A stretch of DNA of 37,760 nucleotides, taken from a virus (lineage: Duplodnaviria > Caudoviricetes). The translations under genes and the position numbers were made by a program. Where the stretch lies: positions 1-37,760 of IMG/VR virus record IMGVR_UViG_3300026302_000043; one strand, 5' to 3'. Shown piece after piece: positions 34,897 through 37,760 of this stretch. Positions within the stretch are counted from its first letter, which is position 1. Each line of letters opens with the position of its first letter. The notes beneath the pieces were generated by a model, which was given only the letters and a program-made list of their open reading frames with translations, was not told the origin of the DNA and did no database searches.

Positions 34897-35723
34897 TGGC
34901 AACGCAATCCTATTCCGCCGCGCTCAAATCCGTCCTTGTTCATGAGGGCGGCTATGGGAACGACCCGCGTGATCCGGGCGGTGCGACCAATCGCGGCGTC
35001 ACGCAGCGCGTTTATGACGCGTTCCGTGTGCGCCGGAGCCTCGAAACGCGCAGCGTGCGCGAGATCACGGATATTGAGGTGGAGGCGATCTATCGCGCGC
35101 AATACTGGAACGCGGTGCGCGGCGATGATCTTCCGGCCGGGCTGGATTACGCGGTGTTCGACGGCGCGGTGAATTCCGGCCCGGCGCAGGCGGTGAAGTG
35201 GCTGCAACGTGCGTTGGGTGTCAAAGTTGACGGCAACCTTGGCGAAGCCACGCTTGCCGCCGCCCATGCGCATCCTGACCATGACAAGCTGATTGCCGAC
35301 ATGCTGGCGCTCCGCATGACCTTCCTGCGCAACCTGAAAGGGTGGCCCTACTTCGGCAGGGGCTGGACGGCGCGCGTCAACGATGTGCGCAAGCGCGCGC
35401 AGGCTTGGGCCTCCGGTTCGGTTGGCCCCATGCCGGTGGTGCTGACCAAAGGTTCTGCTATCAAGGCACGACCGGAGGATGCCAAGCCTACCCCGTCCGC
35501 CGCCCCGGCTGATGTGGCTATCGGGGGCGGCCTCGGCGGTGGCGTCGTTGGTGGTGTGATCAAACAGGCGCAGGCGCAGCTTGAGCCGGTGGCCTCGGTA
35601 GAGTGGGTCCAGCCGATCCTTGCCGTCCTCGCCGTCGCGTCCGTGGTGCTGGTGATCGGCGGCATCGGCTGGCGCGCATGGCAGACCTATCGCGCCAAGA
35701 AGCACGCGGAGGCGCTGGCATGA
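34896..35723 (+). CDS. Endolysin, glycoside hydrolase family 108 with PG-binding domain and C-terminal TM segment
   Basis: HEGGYGNDPRDPGGATNRGVT, FDGAVNSG, FGRGWTARV; C-terminal ILAVLAVASVVLVIGGIGW. Confidence 0.92.
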   Translation: MATQSYSAALKSVLVHEGGYGNDPRDPGGATNRGVTQRVYDAFRVRRSLETRSVREITDIEVEAIYRAQYWNAVRGDDLPAGLDYAVFDGAVNSGPAQAVKWLQRALGVKVDGNLGEATLAAAHAHPDHDKLIADMLALRMTFLRNLKGWPYFGRGWTARVNDVRKRAQAWASGSVGPMPVVLTKGSAIKARPEDAKPTPSAAPADVAIGGGLGGGVVGGVIKQAQAQLEPVASVEWVQPILAVLAVASVVLVIGGIGWRAWQTYRAKKHAEALA

Positions 35724-36004
35724 ACCCGCTCGCTATCTTCACCCTGCCGCGCGTTGCGATCTATGCCGCCATCATGGCGGCCGTGGTCGCGGCCGCGTGG
35801 TGGTTCTCCGACAAGATCGGGGACAGCCGCGAACTCGATGTGCGCGCCAATATCGCCAAGCAAGAGGAAAAGACCAATGAAGCCGCTGAAACCGGGCGCG
35901 CTCGCGCTCGCGCTTGTCATGCTCGTGGGCCTGAGTGGCTGTGGAACGTTGCCGAAGCCCGTTGCGACCGGCCCGGCGCAGGCGTGCCTAAGCCTCGGCC
36001 GTGA
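35720..36004 (+). CDS. Inner-membrane spanin (Rz-like)
   Basis: N-terminal TM followed by a helical region; overlapped by a lipoprotein gene. Confidence 0.7.
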   Translation: MNPLAIFTLPRVAIYAAIMAAVVAAAWWFSDKIGDSRELDVRANIAKQEEKTNEAAETGRARARACHARGPEWLWNVAEARCDRPGAGVPKPRP

Positions 36005-36083
36005 ACTCGCGGCGGCCAAGACGCCGCAACAGGAAGCAGAGACGAAAGAGGCGGGCGTTTCCGCCGGATGCTGGAAGAGATAG
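35877..36083 (+). CDS. Outer-membrane spanin lipoprotein (Rz1-like)
   Basis: MKPLKPGALALALVMLVGLSG-C lipobox in a shifted frame overlapping the Rz-like gene. Confidence 0.75.
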   Translation: MKPLKPGALALALVMLVGLSGCGTLPKPVATGPAQACLSLGRELAAAKTPQQEAETKEAGVSAGCWKR

Positions 36084-36092
36084 GAGGTCAAT

Positions 36093-36428
36093 ATGCCGAC
36101 TGTGCGTGCTGAGGTAATCTAATATGGGGGTTCGCGCACATCTGATGCGAAGCCTATCGAGGCTGTTTCCCGCGTAACGGATGAGCGCTCGATCACGCCC
36201 GTCGGCACCAGTGCGGTGCTGTATCCCGCCTCCGGTGGTGTGCTTGCGCCCTGCACCGTGCGCGTGTGGGCCATGGGTGGGCAGGTGCTAGTGAAAAAGG
36301 GACAGGCTTCGCCCACTGTGCCCGATGCTGCAACCGGCGCGCGCGTGTTGATCGACACTGGGGGCTATGAGGTGTTCGCCCTTGAGGTCTGCGAATGCCT
36401 CTCTACTGTCTCCGCTTCGATCACGTGA
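36093..36428 (+). pseudogene. Hypothetical beta-rich protein with an in-frame TAA at codon 10
   Basis: AGGAGG RBS, then MPTVRAEVI*YGGSRTSD... in frame with ORF 36216..36428. Confidence 0.65.
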
Positions 36429-36435
36429 GGCCGTC

Positions 36436-37014
36436 ATGCCGCGCGTGGGGATGATTGGTGTGGGCATGACGCGCAGGGCAAGCGGGCTCTATGTGCCACC
36501 TGCCGGCAATGTCATTGCCAATTGGAGGGGCGCCGGCACATCCGGGACTGGCGGCCTGCCAGATGGCTGGACAGCAATAACCGTTGCTGGTGTTACATTT
36601 TCCGTCCTCAGTCGCACGCCGTATCGAGGTGGCAACATCATCGAGTTTCAGTTTTCAGGAGCCGCAACGGCGAACGGAAACGTATTTATCCAGCTAGGTT
36701 CTGGCATTAGCGGCGTTGCAGCGCAAAACCAAGCGTGGCGTCAGCGCGTGTTCCTTGAGGCGGTAGGGACGCCGATCCCCGGATTAATGGTTTTTCAGGG
36801 GCAGTGGCGGAATAGTGCGCAAGGGTTCCTGGCTACGATGAATGGCACAACGACAACCGGCGTCATTACCGGCAACGAGATCGGACCCGCTGATAGCATC
36901 GCCCCGGCCAACGCTGCCTTCTGTGGGTTGTTCCTTTTGCGTAGCGTTACATCTGGGCAGGCCGTAAACATCCGTTACCGGATTTTTGCGCCGACACTGA
37001 TGCGGATATTGTGA
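36436..37014 (+). CDS. Hypothetical beta-sandwich-like protein, possibly virion-associated
   Basis: MPRVGMIGVG...LPDGW...; Gly/Thr-rich beta pattern; GAGG RBS. Confidence 0.65.
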   Translation: MPRVGMIGVGMTRRASGLYVPPAGNVIANWRGAGTSGTGGLPDGWTAITVAGVTFSVLSRTPYRGGNIIEFQFSGAATANGNVFIQLGSGISGVAAQNQAWRQRVFLEAVGTPIPGLMVFQGQWRNSAQGFLATMNGTTTTGVITGNEIGPADSIAPANAAFCGLFLLRSVTSGQAVNIRYRIFAPTLMRIL

Positions 37015-37039
37015 TGACTGTGTCACGCCACCCCCCCCC

Positions 37040-37327
37040 ATGACGGATAACATAATGGCACATCGACCAATCCAAATGTCGGAAGAACAATTGCGCAGCG
37101 TAGTTCGCGAGACGGTAGCAGAAACACTGCGCGATATCGGCATCATGGCGGCGGATGAGGACGCCATTTCAGCGCGCCGCCGCGACTTTCAGTTTCTGAC
37201 CGATCTGCGCAAGTCCTCGGAGAGCGCGAAGGCCAAGGTTGGGACGGCGCTGCTTCTTGCTGCCTTTTCTGCCTTCGTCGCCATGACTGCCTCCGGCTTC
37301 AAGCTCTGGATGACTGGAAAACTCTAA
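37040..37327 (+). CDS. Membrane protein with one C-terminal TM (holin-like candidate); start uncertain
   Basis: VRETVAETLRDIG...RRDFQFLTDLR followed by VGTALLLAAFSAFVAM. Confidence 0.65.
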   Translation: MTDNIMAHRPIQMSEEQLRSVVRETVAETLRDIGIMAADEDAISARRRDFQFLTDLRKSSESAKAKVGTALLLAAFSAFVAMTASGFKLWMTGKL

Positions 37328-37351
37328 GCCTATCCCTCCTTGGGGAAGACT

Positions 37352-37377
37352 GGCCGCCTCCGGGCGGCCTTTTCTTT
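37352..37377 (+). terminator. Rho-independent terminator of the late operon
   Basis: GGCCGCC-TCCG-GGCGGCC followed by a T-rich tract. Confidence 0.85.
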
Positions 37378-37521
37378 GTGCGGGGCTTGTGGGCGAGTCG
37401 GGACATTTTCGGGAATTTATGTCCAACAACGTTCGCTTTGATCGTCTTTTGTGCTCATTGCAAGCGCCGCAACCGCTGCCCTGCAATCAAATTTTCTTGA
37501 TACATAACAACACGATAGCGG

Positions 37522-37595
37522 TGGAGCGGGTGAAGGGAATCGAACCCTCGTATTCAGCTTGGAAGGCTGCTGCTCTACCATTGAGCTACACCCGC
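37522..37595 (-). tRNA. tRNA-Gly (anticodon TCC), integration target; includes the right att core 37522-37567
   Basis: GCGGGTGTAGCTCAATGGTAGAGCAGCAGCCTTCCAAGCTGAATACGAGGGTTCGATTCCCTTCACCCGCTCCA, 74 nt with encoded CCA. Confidence 0.98.
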
Positions 37596-37690
37596 GATGC
37601 GCAACAGGTAACGAGCCGCCGGAAAAAGCGCAAGCCCGCGGAAGCCAGGAAAAGCCTTTTCCAAAGCATCCAAAAGAACGGCTGAAACGC

Positions 37691-37720
37691 AAAAGCCCCG
37701 CTCTTGCGAGCGGGGCTTTT
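37691..37720. terminator. Bidirectional intrinsic terminator (host)
   Basis: AAAAGCCCCGCTC-TTGC-GAGCGGGGCTTTT perfect hairpin with A and T flanks. Confidence 0.85.
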
Positions 37721-37760
37721 GAGATCATTCTGGTCACTGTTTAGAAGCAATCTTTGGCTG

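Larger units (their letters stand above)
932..37567. mobile_element. Temperate podovirus-type prophage (T7/BPP-1-like virion genes) in tRNA-Gly; repeat-to-repeat spacing 36,590 bp
   Basis: Flanking 46-bp tRNA repeat, adjacent integrase, and immunity, replication, packaging, head, tail and lysis modules. Confidence 0.96.

Noticed and set aside
32737..37327. BPP-1-type diversity-generating retroelement
   Set aside because: No reverse transcriptase and no TR/VR repeat pair seen
37741..37760. 3' end of a minus-strand host gene (...QPKIAS*)
   Set aside because: Too short to identify

Overview
The window is almost entirely one apparently complete temperate prophage of about 36.6 kb in a GC-rich, probably alphaproteobacterial host. 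It is integrated in the 3' end of a tRNA-Gly(TCC) gene (minus strand, 37522-37595) and bounded by a perfect 46-bp direct repeat (932-977 and 37522-37567). At the left edge, an IS3-family element end (1-127) interrupts a host citrate-lyase-beta/HpcH gene. Prophage modules, in order: tyrosine integrase/xis; a CI/Cro-like switch with TTCAAA-N5-TTTGAA operators; an XRE plus DnaA-domain-IV-like regulator; TOPRIM primase and P-loop helicase; many small accessory genes; an AT-rich palindromic origin candidate; terminases; a T7/BPP-1-like podovirus head and tail set with large ejection proteins and a beta-helix tailspike; and a GH108 endolysin with spanins. The most notable signals are: (i) a recurrent GGCGCGGGTAACG-N15-(C/G)ATnnT element ahead of late gene blocks, with a candidate DnaA-IV-like activator; (ii) an Acb2/Tad1-hairpin-like candidate immune-signal sponge between scaffold and capsid; (iii) an AT-richer ART-like insert in an ejection protein; and (iv) a repressor that appears to lack the S24 catalytic dyad. 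All family calls come from motif recognition by eye, and no database searches were run.
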